Origin: Candidatus Bathyarchaeota archaeon
GTDB lineage: Archaea > Thermoproteota > Bathyarchaeia > Bathyarchaeales > Bathycorpusculaceae
Assembly: GCA_963720565.1 (NCBI GenBank)
Contig: CAVRFW010000013.1
Coordinates: 74,419-138,418 of the forward strand
Reading direction: 5' to 3'
DNA: 64,000 bases
Under the pieces are notes generated by a model. The model made no database searches. It was not told where the DNA came from and saw only the letters and a list, made by a program, of their open reading frames with translations. The position numbers and the translations under genes are program-made. Positions 21,978-31,804 of the stretch are shown piece after piece (position 1 is the first letter of the stretch; every line of letters begins with the position of its first letter).

Positions 21978-22337
21978 ATGACGGGAGAGGGCGATAGAGA
22001 ATCGCCGAGCTTGATGGATTTGGCTGCCAGGTACTTCAAAAAGGAAGGTTACAAAATTAACCAAGAGAACACAGTCCTTGAAGGATACAGCGGCATATCA
22101 AGAACGTTCAATCTAATAGTCCAAAAAGGCCGGGTTGAGCAGGGTGTTTGGATACGTGATTGGAACAGGACAATAGGTGTCAACATAATCATAGGATTAG
22201 ACACTTCTTCAGACGATGTGGGCTTGTCGAGTCCGATTATGATAGGTGAAAAATTCAGCGACCACGCCAAATCCTACGCTAACAGGCGAAAAGTAATGCT
22301 CTTGACAAGACACAAAATTGCACAGAGCCTCAGGTAA
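21978..22337 (+). CDS. small Mrr-like/PD-(D/E)XK-fold protein, probably catalytically degenerate
   Basis: ARYFKKEGYKI..VLEGYSGISRTFNLIV...FSDHAKSYA..KVMLL; strong SD GGTGAGGTG. Confidence 0.6.
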   Translation: MTGEGDRESPSLMDLAARYFKKEGYKINQENTVLEGYSGISRTFNLIVQKGRVEQGVWIRDWNRTIGVNIIIGLDTSSDDVGLSSPIMIGEKFSDHAKSYANRRKVMLLTRHKIAQSLR

Positions 22338-22343
22338 ACCCCG

Positions 22344-22931
22344 CTAAATTCTCAAGTACTCGTCCGTTAAACCTTCTCTTTCAAGCGTGCCTAACCAGTC
22401 CACACAGCCAACGGTGCACTTCAAGTTTTCATTCAAGATAAGGCAGATTCGATCCACAACAGCCTCAACTGTTTTGCCCGTAACGTCCAATTCACAAACC
22501 TTCTCGTTATCCTGCTCCTGCAAAGCTTCAACCAGGCAGACATCAAGAATCTCTGACGCAAGGTTCTCCCAAAGCTTAGAGCCCGTGTACCCGCAGGCTT
22601 CCATGAACCTGCGAAGCTCCACTGGATTTCTTCGCATCACAAAAACCCTAGTCACAAGGTTCCTCGGAACAACAGCCGCTGCATAGTGCCCGTCAACAAT
22701 AACAGTCTTTTCGTCCGTAGCGTCTATGGCTTTCCCAATTTCGCTAAGCATCATCTGCTCGTCCACTATCGTCGTCTTCCGTTCTTTGTCTTCGCGCAGT
22801 GACAGGTTGTGAGTTTTGGCGAACTCGGTTAGGTTTATGTAGCAAGCGTTAAGTCGCGCGGCAAGATGCTGCGCTGTTGCAGTTTTGCCAACGCAGGGTG
22901 TACCGGTAACGAGCAGGACGATTTTGTTCAT
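22344..22931 (-). CDS. adenylate kinase AK6/Fap7 family
   Basis: VTGTPCVGKT, IVDGHY, RRNP, KLWENLASEILD. Confidence 0.88.
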   Translation of the reverse strand: MNKIVLLVTGTPCVGKTATAQHLAARLNACYINLTEFAKTHNLSLREDKERKTTIVDEQMMLSEIGKAIDATDEKTVIVDGHYAAAVVPRNLVTRVFVMRRNPVELRRFMEACGYTGSKLWENLASEILDVCLVEALQEQDNEKVCELDVTGKTVEAVVDRICLILNENLKCTVGCVDWLGTLEREGLTDEYLRI

Positions 22932-22987
22932 CGCCGATAAATGGATCAGAGGAAATTCTTATTGCTTACGGCTAAGCATTGAATAAG

Positions 22988-23309
22988 TGGGCTGGCGAGT
23001 TGGTGTGTGGCTTTCGGACCCTCAAAAACTGAAGGGTCTGAGGAAACTCCGCCCACGCGTAGAATTGCAGTCCCTCAGGGACAGGGCGAGAGCCTTGGCT
23101 CCGGAGCAGAAACGAAACGTCCACTTGGCGCGTGACGATGACGCATACTAAGATGCCGACTTATGCCTTGTGGAAACGATGAAACGGCCGTCCTGCAAGT
23201 GGAAAGGGCAAACAGTCGCCGATGAGGAATCTACCTGAAAGGCGCGGGTAGCCCGATTAGCCGAATGCCACAACAACAGAAGGCGGGTTACGGCCAACAC
23301 ACCAGCCCA
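22988..23309 (+). ncRNA. rnpB: archaeal RNase P RNA
   Basis: GAGGAAACUCCGCCC (5' P4) and AACAGAAGGCGGGUUA (3' P4), GCAGAAACG and GAUGAAAC loops, terminal helix ugggcuggcgaguugg/ccaacacaccagccca. Confidence 0.93.
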
Positions 23310-23311
23310 AT
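23280..23311 (+). repeat. attL-like repeat (rnpB 3' end)
   Basis: aaggcgggttacggccaacacaccagcccaat. Confidence 0.85.
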
Positions 23312-23352
23312 TCAACTGCACACCACCCATTTTCGAGAAAGGAGGGAAACGA

Positions 23353-23742
23353 GTGGATTTTAAGTGCAAACGCCCAGTGATAACGCCGTGCCAAATAGAC
23401 CAGAACCTAATACCTGACGAATCAAAGCAGATAAACGTACTAATCCAAATGAAGAACGACAACAAAAGCGAAGACACAATAAGATTCACTCGCAAAGCCC
23501 TGAGCCTACTCTCAAGACACTCAAGCCTTGCAGAACCAGAATCAGTCAAAGCCTTCTTAGCACAAATGCAGGGTTCAGACAGCTACAAGAGAAACTTGGC
23601 AATAGCCTACAACAAGTACTGCAAGTTCTACGGAATAGAATGGAAAATGCCAACAAAAGAGGAAGCTATGAGCTTGATCGAAGGAGGATTCCAGTACGTC
23701 ACAACGATGGAAGGAGTACAACTCTTCAAAAAACGCAGATAA
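23353..23742 (+). pseudogene. tyrosine integrase remnant: N-terminal domain fused to C-terminal tail, catalytic core deleted
   Basis: KSEDTIRF..ALSLL..PESVKAFLA...YNKYCKFYGIEWKMP joined directly to TKEEAMSLIEGGFQYVTTMEGVQLFKKRR; no R-H-R-Y core. Confidence 0.7.
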
Positions 23743-23917
23743 GCCCACTTTCCCACTTTTCCGATAGAAAAGACAACGAAAAAGCGCCTTATCATGGTAT
23801 GGAGAAGAAACTAGCGTGTGCTCAAGAAAATTTGACAAAGCATTTTCCAGAGTTAGTCAAGGTTTCTTGACGAAAATCGCTTTAAGGCTGCAGAGTCACT
23901 GCAGTATTCGATGAAAT

Positions 23918-24586
23918 ATGAAAGCATTTACCGCTTTAATTTTGGCAAGCATTATAGTCTGTGTTTCAGTTATAGTCTTACCCACGCTTACTTATGGCGA
24001 GACTTCGGTTGGTGTCAAGAAAGGAGATTGGATTGAATATACTATTACCATGACGGGACCACCTTTAGATCCAATACGCAATCTTACTTGGTATAGGACA
24101 GAGATTTTAGAGGTTGATGGTGCATGGTTCCAAGCAAACAAGACTGCCCTATCGGTAAATGGCACCCTCTCGAGTTCTATTTGGAACTTTAACTTAGCTG
24201 AAGGTCAAGTTCGAGGGTGGGTAATAATTCCTGCAAACCTTGGCACGGGAGACACATTTTTTGATGCCGCAAAGTCGCTTAACATAACTATTGAAGGGGA
24301 AGAGCAAAAAACACTGCTAGGCGCAAGCCGAACCGTAACGCATGCAAGCGACCCTGGAAAGGTCTATATGGAATGGGACAAAGCTACTGGCATTTACGTA
24401 CACTCCATAGCCCACACCAGCAACTATACCGTTGTAATGAACGCTTTTGCTACAAACATGTGGAGTCCTCAGCGTGTGCCTTTCCCAACAGCATTAGTTG
24501 TAGTTTCTGTAAGCATAATGGCTATTGTTGGAATAGGTTTGTTTGTTTGCTTCAAGAAACGCGTGCTTAATACGTCAAATCAATAG
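23918..24586 (+). CDS. membrane-anchored surface protein
   Basis: Signal peptide, VGVKKGDWIEY, WDKATGI, C-terminal TM + FKKR. Confidence 0.75.
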   Translation: MKAFTALILASIIVCVSVIVLPTLTYGETSVGVKKGDWIEYTITMTGPPLDPIRNLTWYRTEILEVDGAWFQANKTALSVNGTLSSSIWNFNLAEGQVRGWVIIPANLGTGDTFFDAAKSLNITIEGEEQKTLLGASRTVTHASDPGKVYMEWDKATGIYVHSIAHTSNYTVVMNAFATNMWSPQRVPFPTALVVVSVSIMAIVGIGLFVCFKKRVLNTSNQ

Positions 24587-24618
24587 AAGGAATACAGCTC
24601 TTCAAAAAACGCAAATAA
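24586..24618 (+). repeat. second copy of the integrase 3' end (EGIQLFKKRK*)
   Basis: gaaggaatacagctcttcaaaaaacgcaaataa vs 23710-23742 gaaggagtacaactcttcaaaaaacgcagataa (29/33). Confidence 0.75.
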
Positions 24619-24843
24619 CACGCAAAAGGGGTGTGAGGTGGGGGTTCTTCGGACGAAGATCATTCCAGGCATATGGGTTAAGGCAAATAAAACGCCGTCT
24701 TTTCTTGCCCTCAACCCCTGCTTCGCCGGGGGGCTTCGGGCAAAGCAGTGAAGGGCAGCCATAAAAAAATCCGCCGCCTTTATGTTCGTGTATTAAATTT
24801 TATTTTCTTTGTAATATTCCCGCGCGCGCCATAAGAGATATTA

Positions 24844-26994
24844 ATGTTTTGCATTAATACAAGCCATCAAATGATGGAGAGGGCAGGTTTGTTAAACAAA
24901 GTAGTGCTAACTGTAATGTTAGTATTTTCTTTGGTTTCAGTTTTATTGTTTAGTGCTCCCCAAGTCTTTGGCTTAATATCTGACGGATCAATGGAATGGA
25001 ACAAAACATACGGAGGGAGCTACTCTGACCTGGCTCAGTCGATGGTTTTGACTAGTGACGGTGGATATGCTCTTGCAGGTTACACTGCGTCTTTTGGTGC
25101 TCGCTACAATGATTTTTGGTTGGTTAGGACTGATTCGTCTGGTAATGAATTGTGGAGCAAGATGTACGGAGGAACAGGCGATGATCAAGCTTGGTCTTTG
25201 GTTCAGACTGGTGATGGTGGATATGCACTAGCAGGTTACACGAACTCTTCTGGTGCTGGTGACTATGATTTTTGGTTGGTTAGGACTGATTCGTCTGGTA
25301 ATGAATTGTGGAGCAAAACCTACGGAGGGGCACGCTATGACGGGGCTGAGTCGATGGTTATAACTAGTGATGGTGGATTCGCTCTCGTAGGTTACACTAT
25401 ATCTATTGGTGCTGGCAACAATGATTTTTGGTTGGTTAGGACTGATTCGTCTGGTAATGAATTGTGGAGCAAAACCTACGGAGGAACAGGTTATGACTAT
25501 GCTTTTTCTGTGGTTCAGACTAGTGATGGTGGATTCGCAATAGCAGGTTTCACAAACTCTTTTGGTAGTGTCACGCCTGATTTCTTGTTGGTTAAGACTG
25601 ATTCGTCTGGGAACCAGTTGTGGAGCAAGACGTACGGAGGAACAGGCGATGATGAATGTGTTTCTGTGATTCAGACTAGTGATGGCGGATATGCACTAGG
25701 CGGTTGCACAACCTCTTTTGGTGCTGGCGATAGAGACTTTTGGTTGGTTAAAACAGATTCTGCTGGCAACCAATTATGGAGCAAGACAATCGGAGGAGTA
25801 TACTCTGACGGGATTGAATCGATGGTTCAGACTAGAGATGGTGGTTACGCTCTTGCATGTTACACTTTGTCTTATGGTGCTGGCAGATATGATGGTTGGT
25901 TGGTTAAGACTGATTCGTCTGGTAACGAATTGTGGAGCGAAACCTACGGAGGAACAATAAATGACTATGCCTCTTCTATTGTTTTGGCTAGCGATGGTGG
26001 ATACGCCTTAGCAGGTTTCGCAAGCTCTTTTGGTGCTGGCATCTATGATTTTTGGTTGATTAAGGTTGCATCTGTTGTTGTTCAGCCTCCAACGTTTAGT
26101 CCTGTGGGTGGTAGTTATGGTTCGGTTCAGACTGTGACTATCGGTTGTTCTACTGGTGGCGCGACCGTGAGGTATACTACTGATGGTTCTGAGCCTTCGG
26201 CGACGTCAACGTTGTATTCGGGTCCATTCGTGGTGAGTTCTTCGATGACGATTAAGGCTAAGGCTTTTAAGAGCGAGATGATGGACAGTGACACGGCCAC
26301 GGCAACATACGCCATCAATCTTCAGGAGAAAGTTGCTACTCCAACGTTTAGTCCTGTGGGTGGTAGTTATGGTTCGGTTCAGACTGTGACTATCGGTTGT
26401 TCTACTGGTGGCGCGACCGTGAGGTATACTACTGATGGTTCTGAGCCTTCGGCGACGTCAACATCGTATTTGGGTTCTATCGCAATTAACGTTACGACTA
26501 CGGTTAAGGCTAAGGCTTTTAAGGATGGGATGGTTGACAGTGAGACAGCTGCGGCAACATACACAATTAATCTTCCTGTGAAGATTCCAGCTCTAACATT
26601 TTTCCCTGTGGGTGGTAGTTATGGTTCGGTTCAGACTGTGACTATCGGTTGTTCTACTGGTGGCGCGACCGTGAGGTATACTACTGATGGTTCTGAGCCT
26701 TCGGCGACGTCAACGTTGTATTCGGGTCCATTCGTGGTGAGTTCTTCGATGACGATTAAGGCTAAGGCTTTTAAGAGCGAGATGATGGACAGTGACACGG
26801 CCACGGCAACATACACAATTAATATTGTAACGCCGTCTCCAAATGGAGGTGCTGTATCTTCAGCAGTAATTTATGCTGCCATTATCATAGTGGTAGCAGC
26901 CATAGTGGGAGTAGTGATACTGTTGCTCAGAGAAATGAAACCCAAAATGTCATTGAAGCAGTACACAACGAAACCGAAACTGAAAAAAGATTGA
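24844..26994 (+). CDS. surface protein: 52-aa beta-propeller repeats, 3 chitobiase/Fn3-associated domains, TM anchor
   Basis: WSKTYGG...TSDGGYALAG...DFWLVRTDSSGN repeats (156-bp period) and PTFSPVGGSY...VRYTTDGSEP repeats (252-bp period). Confidence 0.88.
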   Translation: MFCINTSHQMMERAGLLNKVVLTVMLVFSLVSVLLFSAPQVFGLISDGSMEWNKTYGGSYSDLAQSMVLTSDGGYALAGYTASFGARYNDFWLVRTDSSGNELWSKMYGGTGDDQAWSLVQTGDGGYALAGYTNSSGAGDYDFWLVRTDSSGNELWSKTYGGARYDGAESMVITSDGGFALVGYTISIGAGNNDFWLVRTDSSGNELWSKTYGGTGYDYAFSVVQTSDGGFAIAGFTNSFGSVTPDFLLVKTDSSGNQLWSKTYGGTGDDECVSVIQTSDGGYALGGCTTSFGAGDRDFWLVKTDSAGNQLWSKTIGGVYSDGIESMVQTRDGGYALACYTLSYGAGRYDGWLVKTDSSGNELWSETYGGTINDYASSIVLASDGGYALAGFASSFGAGIYDFWLIKVASVVVQPPTFSPVGGSYGSVQTVTIGCSTGGATVRYTTDGSEPSATSTLYSGPFVVSSSMTIKAKAFKSEMMDSDTATATYAINLQEKVATPTFSPVGGSYGSVQTVTIGCSTGGATVRYTTDGSEPSATSTSYLGSIAINVTTTVKAKAFKDGMVDSETAAATYTINLPVKIPALTFFPVGGSYGSVQTVTIGCSTGGATVRYTTDGSEPSATSTLYSGPFVVSSSMTIKAKAFKSEMMDSDTATATYTINIVTPSPNGGAVSSAVIYAAIIIVVAAIVGVVILLLREMKPKMSLKQYTTKPKLKKD

Positions 26995-27072
26995 AAACAG
27001 GTCCAACAGCGTGCGCTATGGACGTTCGTATATCTGAGAATTCACAATTTGTGACAATAGTGTGCTTTACAG

Positions 27073-28402
27073 TCATCTCCATATGGTGTGGGGTCCCCTA
27101 ATGCGAGCGATAGGCGTGCGTTCTGGTATTGGCTTTGGCTCCACTGTTGGCGTTAGCGTCGACGTTGGAGTGGGAGAATTTATCCATACTTCAACGGGAG
27201 GTTTCAAGTAACCGCGTGACCCTATTATGTCCAAGTCTCCGTCGTTTGCGATGTCGCCCAGTACTCCCTTGTAGAGTCCAAAATCAGAAACAGCCGTTTC
27301 GTTCCAGCTCAGGCTGTTACCATTATTATAGTAGACCTTTATCGGAAAGGGAGGTGGAAACAAACCGTCGGATCTTTCGAATTTGGCTGCTACAACGTCC
27401 AAGTAGCCATCGAGATTCATGTCACCAACAAGAAGTGTATGGCAATAGTCCACATATCCTATGACGTGTTCAATCCAGGGTCCACTCCTCGGATTCGAGG
27501 TTTCATACCAAGAGATTGGATAACCAGGTTTTTCTGAGTGAGAGAGCAGGATGTTCTAGTAGGCCATCTTCGTTCAAATCAACCACAACTGTTCTCGCGT
27601 TGTTATCTGCCCAGCAGTCTTCAACTTTTGCTGTATACTGATTATACCATTTGCTGTCGATGTTGTGCTCACTCCAAGTGCCAGAAATATCTGGGTAGGG
27701 GTTTTCCAGCCAAAACCCGTTAAGCACAATATCCGCATCTAGGTCTCCATCAAGATCGCCAACGTCTAATCCATCATGGCTGCGAGTGGGCACAGTCTTA
27801 ACAGTGCTCCAAGAAGATTGATTCTGAACAAATATAGAGGTCTCTCCCTTGCCGAAATAGGCATCAGCACGTGCCACTACATCCAACTTTCCGTCCTTGT
27901 TAAAATCCGCAACTCCAAAACCGATAACATCATAACTACAATTGCCAATGTAATGACTCGCCCATACGCCCTTCGGGCTTCCATTCGGCCTCGGGTTCTC
28001 AAACCAGTACACTTTGTTGTTACTGTCCTGTGCTCCCACAACATCCAAGTCACCATCAGCGTCGATATCCACGCATTTAATGTCCTCAGACCGCCAATCA
28101 AACGACCCAATAGAGTATTCGTTCCAGTTGGGATATCTGAACCAACTCAACCCAGCCCCATTCTTTGCTGCAATCACGTCAGTAAAACCGTCACCATCAA
28201 CATCACCAGCCGACACAACACTCGCATAATCAATGCTGTCAGCAATGACATTTTCGAAAATCCGAACCGACCCTGCCTGGACTATTAAGTGTGCTGAATC
28301 TACACTTATGATTGCAAAATGCGAAACCAGTAAAAACACTATGAAAACGAAGGTAACCAGAGCCGTCTTGTTGGTTTTCAATCCAGATTCACCCACGCCC
28401 AA
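27073..28402 (-). CDS. FG-GAP/VCBS repeat secreted protein (frameshifted near 27460-27550)
   Basis: Repeated GDVDGDGFTDVI, DIDADGDLDVV, ADFNKDGKLDVV, GDMNLDGYLDVV and WFENP. Confidence 0.82.
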
Positions 28403-28950
28403 ACGATTGCGTTAGAAATATTGAATAGTTTGAATAGCTTTATCTTGATCCTGACCGACACGCCCTATTCATGATGCTGTATCTAATACAGCTTTCTGAA
28501 ACTTCGAGCATTTACAGAAATTTGATAGAGGAGTTTAAGTGTTCCCAATGATTCAAACGAAACCTAGAATAACGGTTGGTACTGCGGGTAGATGTTCAGA
28601 CAGCTCACAGCACGAGCAAACCCATTCCGAGGGGGCTCGCCGCTTTTGTTTGAAACTTGTTGCCCTTTGTAGCTGGAGGGCAACGAGGTCAAGACCGCAA
28701 AACAAATCTTATTCTTTTTTGCAATGACCCCAAGAATGAACTGTTAACACAACCCTTCAAGCGTTTGAGCCTTCGTCCTGCGTGATTTTGCTTTTTTCAG
28801 CAAAGCAAAAGGTTTGTTGTTGCCAGCTCGCCAGAAGGGACAAGCATCATCCCCCAAATTTTAATGCACGAAGAAGGAATGAATATGAACAAAGAAAACA
28901 AGACAGAAGATAAATCAAAACAGGAGGAGAGTGAGAAATTACTAAGGCCA

Positions 28951-28982
28951 AAGGCGGGTTACGGCCAGCACACCAGACCAAT
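28951..28982 (+). repeat. attR-like duplicate of the rnpB 3' end
   Basis: aaggcgggttacggccagcacaccagaccaat, 2 mismatches to 23280-23311. Confidence 0.85.
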
Positions 28983-29113
28983 CTATTAATCCCACTAGCT
29001 GTTTGCATTATCTCTTCACCTTCTTCGCTCGCTTAGTACACAGCCGCGCAGAGAGCGACTGGCAAAAATATATGTGGAAGTTCAAGGAATTAATACTCAG
29101 GTGAGATTCGACG

Positions 29114-29536
29114 TTGTTATTTGAGAAAATCTTGGTTCCCTTGGATGGCTCTGAACATTCGACGCGAGCTCTAGAAACAGCAGTTCAAATCGCAAAACAG
29201 ATCGATGGAAGAATTACGCTAATCCATGTGTATTTAGTCAGCCAATCTGCAATCACTCCTATGCAGGTCTCCAGATACGTCCAGGCAATTCGCAAGCAGG
29301 GTGAGATCGTGTTGGCAGAAGGTGAAAAGAGGGCTAATGCTGAAGGAGTTCAAGTTGAAAAGCTATTGATTATGGGGCATGCAGTTGAAGAGATACTAAG
29401 AACCGCGAAAAAAGGCAATTTCAATTTAGTTGTTATTGGTGCTAGGGGCATGAGCAAGATAAAGGAACTCATCATGGGAAGCGTAAGCGATGGAGTGACA
29501 AAACATGCACCTTGCCCAGTCTTGGTGGTAAGATAG
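29114..29536 (+). CDS. universal stress protein
   Basis: KILVPLDGSEHS..AL, VVIGARG...MGSVSDGVTKHAPCPVLVV. Confidence 0.92.
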   Translation: MLFEKILVPLDGSEHSTRALETAVQIAKQIDGRITLIHVYLVSQSAITPMQVSRYVQAIRKQGEIVLAEGEKRANAEGVQVEKLLIMGHAVEEILRTAKKGNFNLVVIGARGMSKIKELIMGSVSDGVTKHAPCPVLVVR

Positions 29537-29600
29537 CAAAACACGCGTTGCTCCTTAATCGTTACTCAACATGATTCAACGTGCGTTTACGCGGTACCCA

Positions 29601-29759
29601 TTACCTTTCAAACAGCAAGTAATGATTAGTGCCCATTGCCAAAGCAGCGTTTCCAGCGCAAACATATGTATGAAGCCTCCAGCCTAGCTTTTCAAACTCC
29701 TCGATTGTTTTACCGACATTGTCATGATGCCCCACAAGCACGCATTTCCATTCCGTCAA
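29601..29759 (-). CDS. 52-aa conserved small protein (DUF4177-like), copy 1
   Basis: MTEWKCVLVGHHDNVGKTIEEFEKLGWRLHTY...NHYLLFER; SD GGAGGTGA; paralog at 51284-51448. Confidence 0.75.
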   Translation of the reverse strand: MTEWKCVLVGHHDNVGKTIEEFEKLGWRLHTYVCAGNAALAMGTNHYLLFER

Positions 29760-29883
29760 CCTTAGCCTCACCTCCTTTGTCCAATCGCATTTCCAATACG
29801 CTATTCTATCAGTGCGAATTAATATTTTCAAGATGAAGTATACCAAAGATGTAAAGAGATTTCAAGAGGAGAAGCTGTGAGAA

Positions 29884-30361
29884 ATGGATTCCCTAACTGA
29901 TCAACAAGTTTGCGAGTATTTTCATCGTAGTTACAAAGCTGTGGATGGATTATGGTTTATGAAAGTGGAGGAAAAGCATGGTTTTAACGCTGCCTTGGAC
30001 ATTGATAAAGAAGTCTGGAAAGTTCTGCCCAAAATTCAGGCTCGCATGATTAAATCTATGTTAAGAAAAGGTGAAGCTCAATCTGCTCTTTTGGAAAGCC
30101 TTAGTTTGAAGTTGTCCTGGAAGGCTTCAATTAAGATGGAACAAGAAGAGAGTGGCTTTCGAATACGAATAAGCGAATGCCCGGGCATAATTTGATGGTG
30201 AAAAGTGGCAGAGAGAAATTCTCGGGGCAGTAGGAACAAACATGTGCGCTGTTGAATATTCTGTTTGGATTTCTGAATTTAATGAGAACATAGATTTCAC
30301 GCTTGAAATGCAGAAATGCAAAGGTTCAGAATACTGCATACTGAACTTCAAAAAATGCTGA
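29884..30361 (+). CDS. DUF6125/V4R-like protein, frameshifted
   Basis: YKAVDGLWFMKVEEKHG..ALDID..VW, ISECP, then MCAVEY...KCKGSEYCILNF in another frame. Confidence 0.6.
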
Positions 30362-30382
30362 TTCAACCAGCGCACTAAGTTC

Positions 30383-31660
30383 TTAGCCTTGTGTTTTATA
30401 TCGAAGCAAAGCAGCTATACCGCCAAACGCGTTTTTCAACATTTGGCCTTCTTCGGTTTCTGTTGAGATGACCTCAACATCAGTGTTTGAATACTCGGCT
30501 ATTTGTGCAAGGTCATCCACGATGTCTTCCTTTTCAGCTACGGCTAGGCTTGGGGCTTGACACTTCGGACAGGGTTTCCCTAAAAGGCTTTGTTCAAAGC
30601 TAACCTTTTCCGGGTTTTTAACGGTGTGTTTTTCCTCATAGCCACAAGCGCTGCATTTTATGGTCATTCGTGAAAGGTCAAGCGCTTCGGAGAGCAATAG
30701 CATGCGGACAGCACCTGCTTCCGTGGCTCTGCGGACTTCGGCTTCACCATAAGTAATCATTCCTGTGTCATGGCCGACTTCGTAAAGAAATTTTTGCATG
30801 ATTTGTTTTTCTTCAATATAGCGGACTTTCTTCATGATTTCTGGCGCTTTATCTACGACTTCTTTAACGCCCTGCTCCTCTACATAGGCGCTGTCGATAA
30901 CCTCAATAATCTTGTTTTTCAGCTGGTAATGAAGATAGTCGCCTTTTTGAAAATCAAATTTGGTTGGCCCTGGACCGCCAAGGATTATGCCTTTGAGGTT
31001 GTCTATTGGCAGAAATACATCATTGGCGTGTCCGCCCACACGATGGTAGTATTCATTTAATTGCGAGTCTCTTAGACGCTCGTATCGTCTGGCTGACTGG
31101 CCGCCTGCCCGAGTCTTGCCTGTTACGCCTGAATGCATTTGATGAACGATGTCGAGTTTTTTACCTTGCAGAGTGGCTATGGTGGCGTTTGAAGCGTCAA
31201 CTAAGAGTATGCCAAAAGTTTCTTTTTCACGCAGCATTTCCTGTAAGTGTTCTGTATGAAAACGTGAATCACAGCGGTAGAGGAAAATTTTGATGGGTTC
31301 AGGTGGCACAATTACGTAGGCTTCCATGCGTTCTGTTCCTGGTCCACCCCCTTCCTGAGGGAGGGCTCCGGCGAAGATTACTATGCCCTTTTCTCCAGGA
31401 TCCTTGAAAAGTTTGAGCTTCTGCTGGACTTTGACTATGGCGTCCAGAACGTTTTTTCGAGTTACGTTGGATTTGATGTTGCTGGCGGTTCCGTATTCAT
31501 TTCGCAGTAGGTTAACGGCATCGCTAATTTGCTTGTCTGGCGGAACGTATAGTGTAATGAGTTCAGTGTGGCTGCCTTCTTTGCTGCCTAGCAAAGTCAG
31601 TGTTCTTCGTAGCCTGAATAGTTCTAGGGATGTTTTTTTGTTAGTGCTCAATGTCTTCAC
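30383..31660 (-). CDS. prf1: peptide chain release factor aRF1
   Basis: TASNIKS (NIKS), YRCDSRF, AGGQSARR (GGQ), FGGIAALLRY. Confidence 0.96.
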   Translation of the reverse strand: MKTLSTNKKTSLELFRLRRTLTLLGSKEGSHTELITLYVPPDKQISDAVNLLRNEYGTASNIKSNVTRKNVLDAIVKVQQKLKLFKDPGEKGIVIFAGALPQEGGGPGTERMEAYVIVPPEPIKIFLYRCDSRFHTEHLQEMLREKETFGILLVDASNATIATLQGKKLDIVHQMHSGVTGKTRAGGQSARRYERLRDSQLNEYYHRVGGHANDVFLPIDNLKGIILGGPGPTKFDFQKGDYLHYQLKNKIIEVIDSAYVEEQGVKEVVDKAPEIMKKVRYIEEKQIMQKFLYEVGHDTGMITYGEAEVRRATEAGAVRMLLLSEALDLSRMTIKCSACGYEEKHTVKNPEKVSFEQSLLGKPCPKCQAPSLAVAEKEDIVDDLAQIAEYSNTDVEVISTETEEGQMLKNAFGGIAALLRYKTQG

Positions 31661-31804
31661 AAATTACAGGTTTAAGCTACAACTACGTGGCGGTTATTAA
31701 GATAAAAGTTTCGCAATGCAAACGGGAAATGGTTTGTCACACATCTAAACTCTATTGTGTCACTGTGAAATCTTTCTGACATAATCGGCAGACGCTTCTA
31801 TCTT

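Larger units (their letters stand above)
23280..28982. mobile_element. degenerate integrative island inserted in the 3' end of rnpB
   Basis: 32-bp direct repeat (30/32 identical) at 23280-23311 and 28951-28982; integrase remnant directly after rnpB; cargo of surface proteins. Confidence 0.75.

Noticed and set aside
25100..26815. Regular repeats as a CRISPR array
   Set aside because: They are in-frame protein repeats with 156- and 252-bp periods, with no unique spacers and no cas genes
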